Source: a virus. From it: 64,000 nt of DNA. Below the pieces are notes generated by a model. That model was not told the DNA's origin and ran no database searches. It saw only the letters and a program-made list of their open reading frames with translations. Made by a program: the position numbers and the translations under genes. Where the stretch lies: positions 1 through 64,000 of IMG/VR virus record IMGVR_UViG_3300047564_002169; one strand, 5' to 3'. Positions 38,927 through 48,871 of the stretch are shown one piece after another; position 1 is the stretch's first letter, and each line of letters begins with the position of its first letter.

Positions 38927-40591
38927 ATGCAGATTTTTGGGTTTCAAATTAAACGTACTCAGGGGGATCAACTACCAAGCGTAGTTCCCCCTAGCCCAGC
39001 TGAGACAGGCGCTACTGTAGTAAACACTGGTGTTAATGCTGGTGGTTACTACGGTATGGTTATGGATCTTGAGGGTACGATTAAAAACGAGAATGACCTC
39101 ATTCGACGTTATCGCGAAGTTGCGCAATATTCTGACTGCGACGGTGCGATCGAAGATATTGTCAACGAAGCTATTGTTGCTGATGAAGATCGTCATTCAG
39201 TCGAGATTATTCTTGATGAAGTTGATGTTTCTGACAACATCAAAAATAAAATTCGAGAAGAATTTGCTAATGTTTTAAAACTTTTAAAATTTAATGAACG
39301 AGCGCATGAAACGTTTCGTGCTTGGTATATTGATGGTAGATTATATTACCAGATTTTAATTGACGAAAACAATATCAAAAAAGGTATTGTAGAATTACGA
39401 TATATTGACCCGCGTAAAATTCGTCGTATTAAAAACGTTAAAAAAGACAGAACTAAAGCTGGGATCGAAGTCGTTAAAGAAGTTGAAGAATATTACCTAT
39501 ACAACGATAAAGGAATCACTGAGCAAACGACGCATGGCGTTAAACTGGCACTAGATTCTGTAGTATATGTACCATCCGGTTTCGTAGATCCAAATACTGG
39601 TATGTCAATGTCTTATCTTCATAAGGCAATTAAACCAGTAAATCAATTAAAGATGATTGAAGATTCTTTAGTCATCTATCGAATTAGTCGAGCACCAGAA
39701 CGTAGGATTTTCTACATTGATGTAGGTAATCTACCAAAATTAAAAGCAGAGCAATACGTCTCTGACATAATGAATAAGTTCCGTAATAAAATTGTTTATG
39801 ACGCGACGACTGGTGAAACGCGAGATGATCGCCGCCATTTATCAATGATGGAAGATTTCTGGATGCCTCGTCGAGAAGGCGGTAAAGGCACAGAAATCAC
39901 CACACTTCCTGGTGGGCAAAATTTGGGTGAAATTCAAGACATTGAATATTTCCAGAACAAACTTTACGGTGCACTAAATGTTCCAATTAGTCGCTTACAA
40001 CAATCACAGGGATTTTCAATTGGTCGTTCGCAAGAAATTAATCGAGACGAAATTAAGTTTAATAAGTTTATCGTTAGATTACGTAAAAAGTTTTCTGCGT
40101 TATTCAACAATGCGCTTCGCGTTCAGCTAATAGCTAAAGGCGTTATCACCCCTGACGATTGGGATGATATTTGTTATAATATTAAATACGATTATCTTGA
40201 AGATAATCATTATGCTGAACTTCGCGACGCGGAGATTATGCAATCTCGTATGAATCTTCTTCAAGCCGTTGATCCTTATGTCGGTAAATACTACTCGATG
40301 GATTGGGCTAAAAGAAACATTCTTCGTATGGACAAGGATGAAATTAAAGAGATCGATAAACAAATCGCCAAAGAACAAAAACAATTGCTCAATATTGCGA
40401 ATCAACAGGGCGAGGTTCAGTTAGCGATGCAGCAACCCATGATGGACGCCCAACAAGAACAACAACAGCAAATGCAACAACAAGACGCGCAGCAACAAGC
40501 AGATAATGCGGGCGAACAAGAAGTTGTTGACAACCAAGATTCACAACAGAAAAAAAGCAAGCCAGCGAAGTCTACTAGTTGGCCAAATTAA
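38927..40591 (+). CDS. 20: Portal protein gp20
   Basis: YRISRAPERRIFYIDVGN, EDFWMPRREGGKGTEITTLPG; Gln-rich C-terminal tail. Confidence 0.97.
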   Translation: MQIFGFQIKRTQGDQLPSVVPPSPAETGATVVNTGVNAGGYYGMVMDLEGTIKNENDLIRRYREVAQYSDCDGAIEDIVNEAIVADEDRHSVEIILDEVDVSDNIKNKIREEFANVLKLLKFNERAHETFRAWYIDGRLYYQILIDENNIKKGIVELRYIDPRKIRRIKNVKKDRTKAGIEVVKEVEEYYLYNDKGITEQTTHGVKLALDSVVYVPSGFVDPNTGMSMSYLHKAIKPVNQLKMIEDSLVIYRISRAPERRIFYIDVGNLPKLKAEQYVSDIMNKFRNKIVYDATTGETRDDRRHLSMMEDFWMPRREGGKGTEITTLPGGQNLGEIQDIEYFQNKLYGALNVPISRLQQSQGFSIGRSQEINRDEIKFNKFIVRLRKKFSALFNNALRVQLIAKGVITPDDWDDICYNIKYDYLEDNHYAELRDAEIMQSRMNLLQAVDPYVGKYYSMDWAKRNILRMDKDEIKEIDKQIAKEQKQLLNIANQQGEVQLAMQQPMMDAQQEQQQQMQQQDAQQQADNAGEQEVVDNQDSQQKKSKPAKSTSWPN

Positions 40592-40603
40592 TAGGAGAAT
40601 ATT

Positions 40604-41029
40604 ATGAACCAGTCAGTACAACATTTAGTTGATGCTATCAAAACCGGCGACGCTATTGCTACTGAAAACGCATTCGCCATTGCAATGGCGGAAAAACTTG
40701 CGAGTAAAATTGACGATTTTCGTGTAAATATTGCGCAGAATATGTTCAATCAAGCCGAACCACAAGTGCAAGAGGATCTTTCTGAAAGCGAAGATTTAGC
40801 ATTAGTGGTTGAAAACGCCACCGACGACTTTGACTCTGATGAAATTTCTCTTTCTGAAGAAGAAGTTGCTAGTTTTGTTGAGAAGTATGAAGGGTTCAAA
40901 AAGTTATCTGGCGAGTTAGCGGCGAAAGGCGCTAAAAATCCAGCGGGACTAGCAGCATGGATTGGTCGTAAAAAATATGGCAAAGAAAAGTTTCAAGCTG
41001 CCGCTGCCGCAGACAAAAAGATGGGCTAA
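40604..41029 (+). CDS. 67: Prohead core protein gp67-like with basic C-terminal extension
   Basis: LVDAIKTGD....AF..AMAEK resembles T4 gp67; position directly after the portal gene. Confidence 0.7.
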   Translation: MNQSVQHLVDAIKTGDAIATENAFAIAMAEKLASKIDDFRVNIAQNMFNQAEPQVQEDLSESEDLALVVENATDDFDSDEISLSEEEVASFVEKYEGFKKLSGELAAKGAKNPAGLAAWIGRKKYGKEKFQAAAAADKKMG

Positions 41030-41577
41030 TGAAATATTCTGATTTTACCAAACAATTTAAAAGATCTGGTGTTATTGAAAGCGCCAGATCCTATCTTCAT
41101 CTTATTGAAAAATTAGAAAATGGTAAAGTATTGATTGATGGTATTGAGACGAAATTTGATACTGTTAATGAAGCAAGACACCACGTTAAACAAGAACACG
41201 CGAAACATAAATTAGAAGAACAAGCGTCTAAAGAACTATACGAAGAACTGTCTGATAAAACTATTGCCAATATTATTAATCAACACCACAACATTAGGGT
41301 AACGGATACTTTGGTAGAGTCTTATAAGGAACTGGCGTCATCTCATATGTTTAGTGTGGACCCAGTTGTTCATAAAATCAGATTAATCAATAAATTAGAT
41401 CGTTTGATTGAAAATAAATTACACTATCACCTTAAAGATGGTGCAATTGTAGCAATTAATGAACAAACGCAAGAACGACTAAATAATCTACTACAGAATC
41501 AACCAGATATTATTGATTATATGCGTCAAGATAAAAATAATTTTATGTATGTAATCAGCAAGTTACAGGAAAACTAA
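41029..41577 (+). CDS. Hypothetical protein (head gene cluster)
   Basis: Coupled ORF between gp67 and gp21. Confidence 0.7.
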   Translation: MKYSDFTKQFKRSGVIESARSYLHLIEKLENGKVLIDGIETKFDTVNEARHHVKQEHAKHKLEEQASKELYEELSDKTIANIINQHHNIRVTDTLVESYKELASSHMFSVDPVVHKIRLINKLDRLIENKLHYHLKDGAIVAINEQTQERLNNLLQNQPDIIDYMRQDKNNFMYVISKLQEN

Positions 41578-41578
41578 G

Positions 41579-42040
41579 ATGGCAATGACCTTCACTACCG
41601 TTAGAAACACGAATCAAGAAGCTGTGATTCATTTTGAATCTTCTGCTGCAGAAACTGGCACTATTACTATCGCCAACTTAACCGCAGAAACTCAGACTCG
41701 TAATAGTGATAATCCTAAAGTTGATATTGTTAAGTTTATTTGTACAGGCGAATTAACATCACTAATTAAAATTCAGCGTAACAGTAAAGTTGTTATTGCA
41801 TGTTCCCCAGAGAACGAAGCGGTGATTGAATTTAACGCATGGGGTATACCAGTAACAAACGACAACACAAGCGACATTGTTGTAAATAATGTTACAGCAA
41901 AAGCTGTAACGGGTTGGATTGTTCTTCGTAAACAAGCTGGATGGTCGACTAAGGTTGAGGAAGCTACTTATGGCGCATATGATGATACCACTCGCGTCGG
42001 CGCATCAACCACATTAAGCGGTTCACCGGATAAGGCATAA
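41579..42040 (+). CDS. Hypothetical virion protein
   Basis: AGGA RBS; beta-rich; tightly packed. Confidence 0.7.
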   Translation: MAMTFTTVRNTNQEAVIHFESSAAETGTITIANLTAETQTRNSDNPKVDIVKFICTGELTSLIKIQRNSKVVIACSPENEAVIEFNAWGIPVTNDNTSDIVVNNVTAKAVTGWIVLRKQAGWSTKVEEATYGAYDDTTRVGASTTLSGSPDKA

Positions 42041-42042
42041 CG

Positions 42043-42693
42043 ATGAAACTAATCAAAGAAGATATTTCTAATACCAGGTTAATCGTTGAAGAAAAACTTG
42101 GTAAAGGTAAAACGTATTTTATTGAAGGTATTTTCCTTCAGTCAGCAATTAAAAACCGTAACGGTCGTATGTATCCAGAATCAGTTATGGATAAAGAAGT
42201 TGGTCGTTATATGCAAGAACAAGTTCTAAATAATCGCGCTTATGGTGAACTAGGTCATCCAGATAATCCAAGTATTAATTTGGACCGCGTTTCTCATATG
42301 ATCGTTGATCTGCGTAAAGAAGGAACTAATTATATTGGTAAAGCAAAAATTCTTGAAACTCCTATGGGTATGATTGCACGAGGTCTGTTAGATGGTGGCG
42401 CGAACTTAGGAGTGTCGAGCAGAGCACTTGGAACTCTAAAAGAGTCAGACGGTGTCCAAATTGTGCAAGACGATTTTATGCTGTCAACAGCAGCAGACAT
42501 CGTTGCTGATCCCAGCGGACCGAATTGTTTTGTTCAAGGAATTCTAGAGAACGTTGACTGGGCTTATAATGCCACAACAAACTCTTGGGTTATGGCAGAA
42601 AACATTAAACAACAAATAAAAAAATCTAGCGTTAAACAAGTTGCTGAAAATCAGGCAAAGTGGTTTGAAACTTTTTTAAAAACAATTAAATAA
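42043..42693 (+). CDS. 21: Prohead protease gp21
   Basis: IEGIFLQ..IKNRNGRMY, GELGHP, LGVSSRALG, DIVADPS. Confidence 0.96.
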   Translation: MKLIKEDISNTRLIVEEKLGKGKTYFIEGIFLQSAIKNRNGRMYPESVMDKEVGRYMQEQVLNNRAYGELGHPDNPSINLDRVSHMIVDLRKEGTNYIGKAKILETPMGMIARGLLDGGANLGVSSRALGTLKESDGVQIVQDDFMLSTAADIVADPSGPNCFVQGILENVDWAYNATTNSWVMAENIKQQIKKSSVKQVAENQAKWFETFLKTIK

Positions 42694-43373
42694 TGTTTCA
42701 TTTTACCTACATTACTGCCAGTTCCGATGGTTATTTTTATGTTGGAAGACATTCAACAAAAAATATCGACGACAAATATCAAGGTTCCGGTAAATGGGTT
42801 AAACTTTGTAAGGAGAATAATATAGAACTCCATACAAAAATATTGCAGTTTTATTCTTCGTTTGAAGAATTAACTTTAGCAGAAGAACAACTTATTGAAA
42901 AACATATTAATAATTTTAAGAATATGAACATCAATAATAAATCTGTAGGTTTCGCGGTTGGTGTTTTAAACCCTTCTAACAATAAAGAAGTTTTAAAGAA
43001 ACGCCCTCAAAACAATTCTGGATATATTTCTGAATATATGAAACACAACAACCCGAGCACTAAAGACTGTGTTAAAAAATTAAGAAGCGAATTTATGAAA
43101 GATTTGTGGAAAGATGCCGAGTACAAAGAACTTCATAGCGGCGAAAATCATTATATGAAACAGAGCCACAAAAGAAAACAATTTTCTGAAAACAACCCAA
43201 TGCATAGAAAAGAGGTTGTTGACAAAATTAAGAATAGAGTTATGGAAGCCGTGAAAACTGGAACGCATAATAGCAAAATTTTATTGGAATGCCCGCATTG
43301 CAATAAATCGTGTTCCATACCAAATGCTAAAAGATGGCATTTTAACAAATGTAAAATGGTCAAAATCAAATAA
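42693..43373 (+). mobile_element. Free-standing GIY-YIG (Seg-type) homing endonuclease gene
   Basis: FTY-ITA...YVGRHST...YQGSG N-terminus, NPM/NPS NUMOD-like repeats, CPHC..WHF..CK zinc module; AT-rich. Confidence 0.85.
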
Positions 43374-43374
43374 T

Positions 43375-43382
43375 TATAAATA
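43375..43382 (+). promoter_or_regulatory. T4-type late promoter TATAAATA
   Basis: Exact match upstream of gp22. Confidence 0.75.
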
Positions 43383-43415
43383 ATTTACTAGAACTATCCA
43401 GTTAGGAGAAACCCG

Positions 43416-44432
43416 ATGTCAATCGAACAAAAAATTGCTGAAATCCTGGCAGAGTCAAAAATCCACGGTAGCGAAGGTGGTAGCAAGTCTACTACTGAAA
43501 ATGCAGCTGCTGGTGACAAAGCTGTGATTCGTAAAGGTAACCCAGTTCCAAATGGCGGTGAAATGCCTAATGCAGACAATCAGCGTAACAATGTTGATGA
43601 CGAAGAAGAAGCAGCTAATGCTACTTCTAAGAAACCTAATCCAGCCACTGCTTCTAGCGTTGCTGGTGACCAAGAAGTGGTGCGTCACGGCGCAGCAGTT
43701 AAAGGTATCAAAGAAGACGTTGATGCATTACTTCACGGTGAAGAACTTTCTGAAGAATTCCGTCAGAAAGCTGAAACTATTTTTGAAGCAGCTGTTCTTA
43801 CTCGCGTTAAAGAAGAAGTTGCTCGTATTGAAGCAGAATTCGAAAGTAAACTTGCAGAGCAGGTTGAAAAGAATACAGAGGGTCTTGTTGAACAAGTTGA
43901 TGGATATCTCGGCTATATTGCCGAGCAGTGGATGGCACAGAATGAAATTGCCCTTGAGCGTGGTATTAAATCTGAACTTCTTGAAAGTTTCGTTGCTGGT
44001 ATGAAGTCTCTTTTCGAAGAGCACTACATCGATGTTCCAGAAGAAAAATATGATGTACTCGGTGAGATGGAAGATCACATCAGTGATTTAGAAGCAAAAC
44101 TTAACGAGCAAGTTTCTGCTAACATCGAATTGTCTAAGACAATCGCTGAAGCAAAACGAGCAGAAATCGTTAAAACCGTAAGCGAAGGTCTTACTGACAT
44201 TGAAACTGAAAAGTTCTTAGGGTTAGTTGAAGAACTTTGTTACGAAGATGCTACAACTTTTAAGGCTAAAGTTAAGACTATTCGTGAAAATTATTTCACA
44301 AACAAGCAAAACACAATAGTTGAGTCTGTTGTTACTGATGCACCAGTTGAGATGATCACTGAGCAAAAGAAACCACAAGTCGACCCAGCTATGACTGCTT
44401 ACTTGTCAGCACTCAACAAAATCACCAAATAA
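43416..44432 (+). CDS. 22: Prohead scaffold protein gp22
   Basis: ELSEEFRQKAETIFEAA, VDGYL.Y..EQW, IRENYF; acidic coiled coil. Confidence 0.93.
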   Translation: MSIEQKIAEILAESKIHGSEGGSKSTTENAAAGDKAVIRKGNPVPNGGEMPNADNQRNNVDDEEEAANATSKKPNPATASSVAGDQEVVRHGAAVKGIKEDVDALLHGEELSEEFRQKAETIFEAAVLTRVKEEVARIEAEFESKLAEQVEKNTEGLVEQVDGYLGYIAEQWMAQNEIALERGIKSELLESFVAGMKSLFEEHYIDVPEEKYDVLGEMEDHISDLEAKLNEQVSANIELSKTIAEAKRAEIVKTVSEGLTDIETEKFLGLVEELCYEDATTFKAKVKTIRENYFTNKQNTIVESVVTDAPVEMITEQKKPQVDPAMTAYLSALNKITK

Positions 44433-44444
44433 AGGAATTACGAT

Positions 44445-45743
44445 ATGACTACTCGTCAACAATTAATGGAAAAATGGGCACCGATTCTGAATCACGAATC
44501 TGCACCTGCAATTAAAGACAACTACCGCAAAGAAGTTACTGCAGTTCTTCTTGAGAACCAAGAACGCGAAATGCAGAAACAGCGTGAAGCTCTTTTCGAA
44601 GCTGCTCCAGCTAACGCAGTTGGCGCATATGGCGACACTGGCGGTTTTGCTAAGTTTGACCCAGTGCTTATCAGCCTAGTTCGTCGTGCAATGCCACAAA
44701 TGATCGCTTATGATGTTTGCGGTGTTCAGCCAATGACTCAGCCAACTGGTCTAATTTTTGCAATGAAGTCTCGCTACAGCAACCAAGGCGGCACTGAAGC
44801 TCTGTTCAACGAAGCAGACACTGACTTCTCTGGTACTGGCACCCACTCTGGTGCATACGACTTCGGTGGTTCTGAAACCACTGGTTCTGGTCTAGCAACT
44901 GCTGACGGTGAGCGTCTTGGCCAAGGTGGTACTGGCGACGGTTCTTTCGGTCAGATGGCATTCAGCATCGAAAAGACTTCTGTTACTGCAAAGACTCGCG
45001 CTTTGAAAGCAGAATACTCTATCGAACTCGCACAAGACATGAAATCTGTTCACGGTCTTGATGCTGAAGGCGAATTGAGCAACATTCTCTCTACTGAGAT
45101 CCTTGCTGAAATCAACCGCGAAGTTATCCGTACTATCTACAAGACTGCTAAAGCAGGTGCTGCAGTTGGTACTACTACTGCTGGTACGTTTGACCTAGAC
45201 ACTGACTCTAACGGTCGTTGGTCTGTTGAGAAGTTCAAAGGTCTAATGTTCCAAATCGAGCGCGAAGCGAATGCTATCGGTCAACAGACTCGTCGTGGTC
45301 GCGGTAACATCATCATCACTTCTGCAGATGTTGCATCTGCACTAGCGATGGCAGGTGTTCTTGACTATTCTTCTGGTCTAACTGGTAAGAATGACCTAAC
45401 TGTTGATGACACTTCTACTACTTTTGCTGGTGTTCTAAACGGCAAGTACAAAGTGTTCGTTGACCCATATACTTCTAACGTTTCCGCAACTCAGTTCTTC
45501 GTTGTTGGTTACAAAGGTACTTCTGCGTTTGACGCTGGCTTGTTCTACTGCCCATACGTTCCTCTACAAATGGTTCGTGCGGTTGATCCTAACAGCTTCC
45601 AGCCAAAAATTGGCTTCAAGACTCGTTACGGTCTAGTTGCTAACCCATTCGTCAACCTCGACGATGGCACTAGCGGTCAGGACAACCTAACTGCTAACGC
45701 AAACTACTACTACCGTCGCGTCAAGGTCGTTAACTTGATGTAA
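44445..45743 (+). CDS. 23: Major capsid protein gp23
   Basis: LLENQ, GVQPM..PTGLIFA, RALKAEYSIELAQD, FYCPYVPL, FKTRYG. Confidence 0.98.
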   Translation: MTTRQQLMEKWAPILNHESAPAIKDNYRKEVTAVLLENQEREMQKQREALFEAAPANAVGAYGDTGGFAKFDPVLISLVRRAMPQMIAYDVCGVQPMTQPTGLIFAMKSRYSNQGGTEALFNEADTDFSGTGTHSGAYDFGGSETTGSGLATADGERLGQGGTGDGSFGQMAFSIEKTSVTAKTRALKAEYSIELAQDMKSVHGLDAEGELSNILSTEILAEINREVIRTIYKTAKAGAAVGTTTAGTFDLDTDSNGRWSVEKFKGLMFQIEREANAIGQQTRRGRGNIIITSADVASALAMAGVLDYSSGLTGKNDLTVDDTSTTFAGVLNGKYKVFVDPYTSNVSATQFFVVGYKGTSAFDAGLFYCPYVPLQMVRAVDPNSFQPKIGFKTRYGLVANPFVNLDDGTSGQDNLTANANYYYRRVKVVNLM

Positions 45744-45784
45744 TTGGTAAGTCGGTTTAATTAAACTGACGCAGAGCAGTAATT

Positions 45785-45820
45785 AAGAGGGAGACTTTAA
45801 AGTCTCCCTCTTTTTATTTT
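45785..45820 (+). terminator. Rho-independent terminator after gp23
   Basis: 28-bp perfect palindrome aagagggagactttaaagtctccctctt followed by a T-run. Confidence 0.9.
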
Positions 45821-45823
45821 GAA

Positions 45824-45830
45824 CTAAATA
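45824..45830 (+). promoter_or_regulatory. Late promoter-like motif CTAAATA
   Basis: Directly after the terminator and 5 nt before the gp3 ATG. Confidence 0.6.
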
Positions 45831-45835
45831 ATCAT

Positions 45836-46366
45836 ATGACTACTACAATTACATGCCCATTGCCAGAGAATTTAACTCCATTATCGCCTAATGGGTTTAA
45901 TTTCAGTATCACAAAACTTCCAGGAGTATCGTTCTTCTGTCAACAGGTACAGCTTCCAGCAATCACGCTTGGCGAGATTGACCAAAATAATCCGTTCGTG
46001 AATGCTCCAATCCCAGGAGAAATTCTGACTTACGATCAATTGAATATTCAGTTTTTAATTGATAATCAGATGCTTAACTATAAATCAGTATATAATTGGA
46101 TGGTTGCTCTGGGGTTCCCTGAAAATTATGATCAATATAAGAGTTTTATTGCAAACGACACTAATAACTACACAGAACTCGCAAAAAATTATTCAGACGG
46201 AGTTTTGCAAATGTTGACTGGTAACAACGTCACTGCTGCAACTGTAGCCTTTAAAGATTTATTCCCGATTAGCATTGGCTCTTTAACGTTTCAAGCGACC
46301 AATTCAGACGTGCAGTATCTTGTAGGTGACGCATCTTTTAGATACACCAGTTACAAATTTATCTGA
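45836..46366 (+). CDS. 3: Tail tube terminator / completion protein gp3-like
   Basis: LSPNGF.F, FFCQQVQLP, PG..L.Y..L...FLID, F.D.FP.S; syntenic with gp23 and uvsY. Confidence 0.8.
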   Translation: MTTTITCPLPENLTPLSPNGFNFSITKLPGVSFFCQQVQLPAITLGEIDQNNPFVNAPIPGEILTYDQLNIQFLIDNQMLNYKSVYNWMVALGFPENYDQYKSFIANDTNNYTELAKNYSDGVLQMLTGNNVTAATVAFKDLFPISIGSLTFQATNSDVQYLVGDASFRYTSYKFI

Positions 46367-46422
46367 TACAAATTTGTTGTTGTGATAATATGAAGTAACA
46401 TATCACTAATTATGAGGTTATT

Positions 46423-46829
46423 ATGAATATTGAGCAAGTACAAGAAATGTGGGACATTGATTGCCAAATCGATGATAATTATCTCGGTGAAAATTCCACG
46501 CAGACCCCCAAATTACACGCCAAGTACGTCAAACTCTTGGTGCAGGTAAAACTAAAGCACACAAAACTACAATCCGTTTATATCGCGGGGAACTTTCTCG
46601 TGATGAATTAACGAGGCTTGGGTGGGATCAATGGCAAGGAGTCAAACCATTAAAAAATGAAATGGATGAGTTTCTATCAGGAGATTCTGAATTAGTTACG
46701 ATTAAAATGAAAATTGATTATCTTGAAACTATGATATATCTTCTTGAATCAATTTTACAACAAATAAAAGCCAGAGACTGGCAGATTAAAACAGCCGTGG
46801 ATTATAAAAAATTCCTGGCTGGTCACTAA
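46423..46829 (+). pseudogene. uvsY: Recombination mediator UvsY, frameshifted at about 46573
   Basis: Frame 1 gives W..D..ID...L...S...PKLHAKY; the -1 frame continues RLYRGEL...WQGVKPLK.EMDEFL.GD...IKARDWQIK.A..Y.KF.AG* to 46829. Confidence 0.85.
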
Positions 46830-46845
46830 AAATTCTAGCGCCGTG

Positions 46846-48324
46846 ATGATAAATGTAACAATAGAAAAATTAGACGAAGGGTTCGTTCGAGTGTTCTCTG
46901 ATCCGAGCGTGGAACAAGAATTGGTCGACTTCTTTACGTATGAATATCCTGGCGCAAAATTCACCCCAAAATACAAAGCTAGATTATGGGATGGTCTAGT
47001 CAGATTACTAGATCCTGTAAGAAAAACACTATACGTTGGTCTTGTTGAATATGTGGAACAATTTTGTGAACGTAACGGGTATAATCTAATATACAAAACC
47101 AACATTAATGTCACCAATGGATTTACTACAGATAAAATAGAGCAGTACGTGCGGTCATTAGATTTACCTAGTAAAATTGAAATTAGAGACTATCAAATTG
47201 AAGCCATCACAACTGCTCTTGATAAACAACGAACTCTGTTATTGTCTCCTACTGCGTCAGGAAAATCATTTATAATTTATAGCATTATGAGGTGGCACGT
47301 AGAACAAGGTCGTAAATGTATTCTTATTGTTCCGACTACATCTCTTGTTGAGCAAATGTGTTCTGATTTCGAAGATTATTCATCAATCAATAAGTGGTCT
47401 GTCGCTAAACACTGTCAGAAACTTTATTCTGGGTTTCCAAAAAACTTCCAAGCAAACGTTCTTATCACCACATGGCAATCAATCTACCTGCAACCAAAAG
47501 CATGGTTTAATCAATTTGATGTAATGTTTGGAGATGAAGCTCACAACTTCAAAGCCAAGTCTTTAACTGGAATTATGGAAAAGATGAATACTGTTGCACA
47601 TCGTATCGGCACCACTGGTACGTTGGACGACAAAAAGATTCATCGTCTTGTTCTTGAAGGTGTTTTCGGTAAAGTACACAGAGTCACGACCACCAAGGCT
47701 CTAATGGATTCTGGTAAATTAACCAGCCTAAATATTACTTGTCTGATTCTGAAATATTCAGAAGAGACGCGTAAGGAAAGAAAAAACAAGACTTATCAAG
47801 AAGAGATGGATTGGCTAATCGCCAACGAGAAGCGTAATAAATTTATACGCAATTTAACTGTAGCATCTAAAGGTAATACTCTTGTTCTGTTTCAATATGT
47901 TGAAAAACATGGTAAAATTCTTTACGAATTAATTAAAGGAAAAGTACACGAAAATAGAAAAATATTTTTTGTGTATGGCGGCACTGATGTTGCAGATCGT
48001 GAACAAATCCGTCACATCACTGAATTAGAAAATGATGCTATTATTGTGGCAAGTTTTGGAACATTTTCGACTGGTATTAATATTCCATCCATAGAGAATG
48101 TTATATTTGCGTCTCCTTCAAAATCCAAGATTCGTAATTTGCAAAGTATCGGACGTGGATTAAGGTTAAAAGACGGTAAACAAAAATGTAATTTATACGA
48201 TATAGCTGATGATTTGCATTGGAAAACGTGGAAGAATCACACGTTAAATCACGCAGCGGAGCGATATAAGACGTACGCTCAAGAAGAATTTAAAGTCAAA
48301 CTTGTGGAGATTGAGATATGTTAA
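46846..48324 (+). CDS. uvsW: UvsW SF2 helicase
   Basis: RDYQ, SPTASGKS, DEAH, GTTGT, LQSIGRGLR. Confidence 0.96.
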   Translation: MINVTIEKLDEGFVRVFSDPSVEQELVDFFTYEYPGAKFTPKYKARLWDGLVRLLDPVRKTLYVGLVEYVEQFCERNGYNLIYKTNINVTNGFTTDKIEQYVRSLDLPSKIEIRDYQIEAITTALDKQRTLLLSPTASGKSFIIYSIMRWHVEQGRKCILIVPTTSLVEQMCSDFEDYSSINKWSVAKHCQKLYSGFPKNFQANVLITTWQSIYLQPKAWFNQFDVMFGDEAHNFKAKSLTGIMEKMNTVAHRIGTTGTLDDKKIHRLVLEGVFGKVHRVTTTKALMDSGKLTSLNITCLILKYSEETRKERKNKTYQEEMDWLIANEKRNKFIRNLTVASKGNTLVLFQYVEKHGKILYELIKGKVHENRKIFFVYGGTDVADREQIRHITELENDAIIVASFGTFSTGINIPSIENVIFASPSKSKIRNLQSIGRGLRLKDGKQKCNLYDIADDLHWKTWKNHTLNHAAERYKTYAQEEFKVKLVEIEIC

Positions 48325-48791
48325 CTGGTAATGAACTCTATGTAATTTTAAAATTCACGTCAGGTGAACTGATAATGGCTACTCTTCAAGAAGAAGACGA
48401 GCAAAACATTATGATTGATTATCCAATAGTTATAAAAACGATTATGGATTATGAAGGCGGTAAAGAACGAGTGAGTGTAAGCCCTCTGTGTTCGTTCACT
48501 AGTGAACATTCGTATGTTATCTCAAAAAACAATGTACTTTACATTAAGAAGTTACATTATGTTTTTATTCCACATTACCAAAGGATTGTAAAAGATCAGC
48601 AGGAAACTACATCATTTTCCTCGCTAGATTCTAACTCTGACGATTCGCTAGAATGGGATGATGAACCAACCACTCAAGAAGAATCAATAAATATGCAAGA
48701 AATGTTAACATCTATTGAAGAACTAGATGACGATATTGATTGGGATGAGAAACTAAAGAACTTGGTTCCTGGTAACGATACACTTAATTAA
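48318..48791 (+). CDS. Hypothetical protein (Sm-like N-terminal domain, acidic tail)
   Basis: ILKFTSGELIMATL motif; lies between uvsW and gp55. Confidence 0.75.
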   Translation: MLTGNELYVILKFTSGELIMATLQEEDEQNIMIDYPIVIKTIMDYEGGKERVSVSPLCSFTSEHSYVISKNNVLYIKKLHYVFIPHYQRIVKDQQETTSFSSLDSNSDDSLEWDDEPTTQEESINMQEMLTSIEELDDDIDWDEKLKNLVPGNDTLN

Positions 48792-48818
48792 CATCATTAT
48801 CATCCCTAGACACCCTGA

Positions 48819-48847
48819 ATTATGCCTCAAGTCAAATATAAAAGCAA
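48819..48847 (-). promoter_or_regulatory. Leftward sigma70-type promoter
   Basis: Minus strand TTGCTT-17 bp-CATAAT, matching the phage's other early promoters. Confidence 0.6.
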
Positions 48848-48871
48848 ATTTATTTTGTAAGAAATTTAAAT

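Noticed and set aside
46560-46590. Programmed -1 ribosomal frameshift restoring uvsY
   Set aside because: No X XXY YYZ slippery site at the junction, and residues appear to be missing, which favours a deletion
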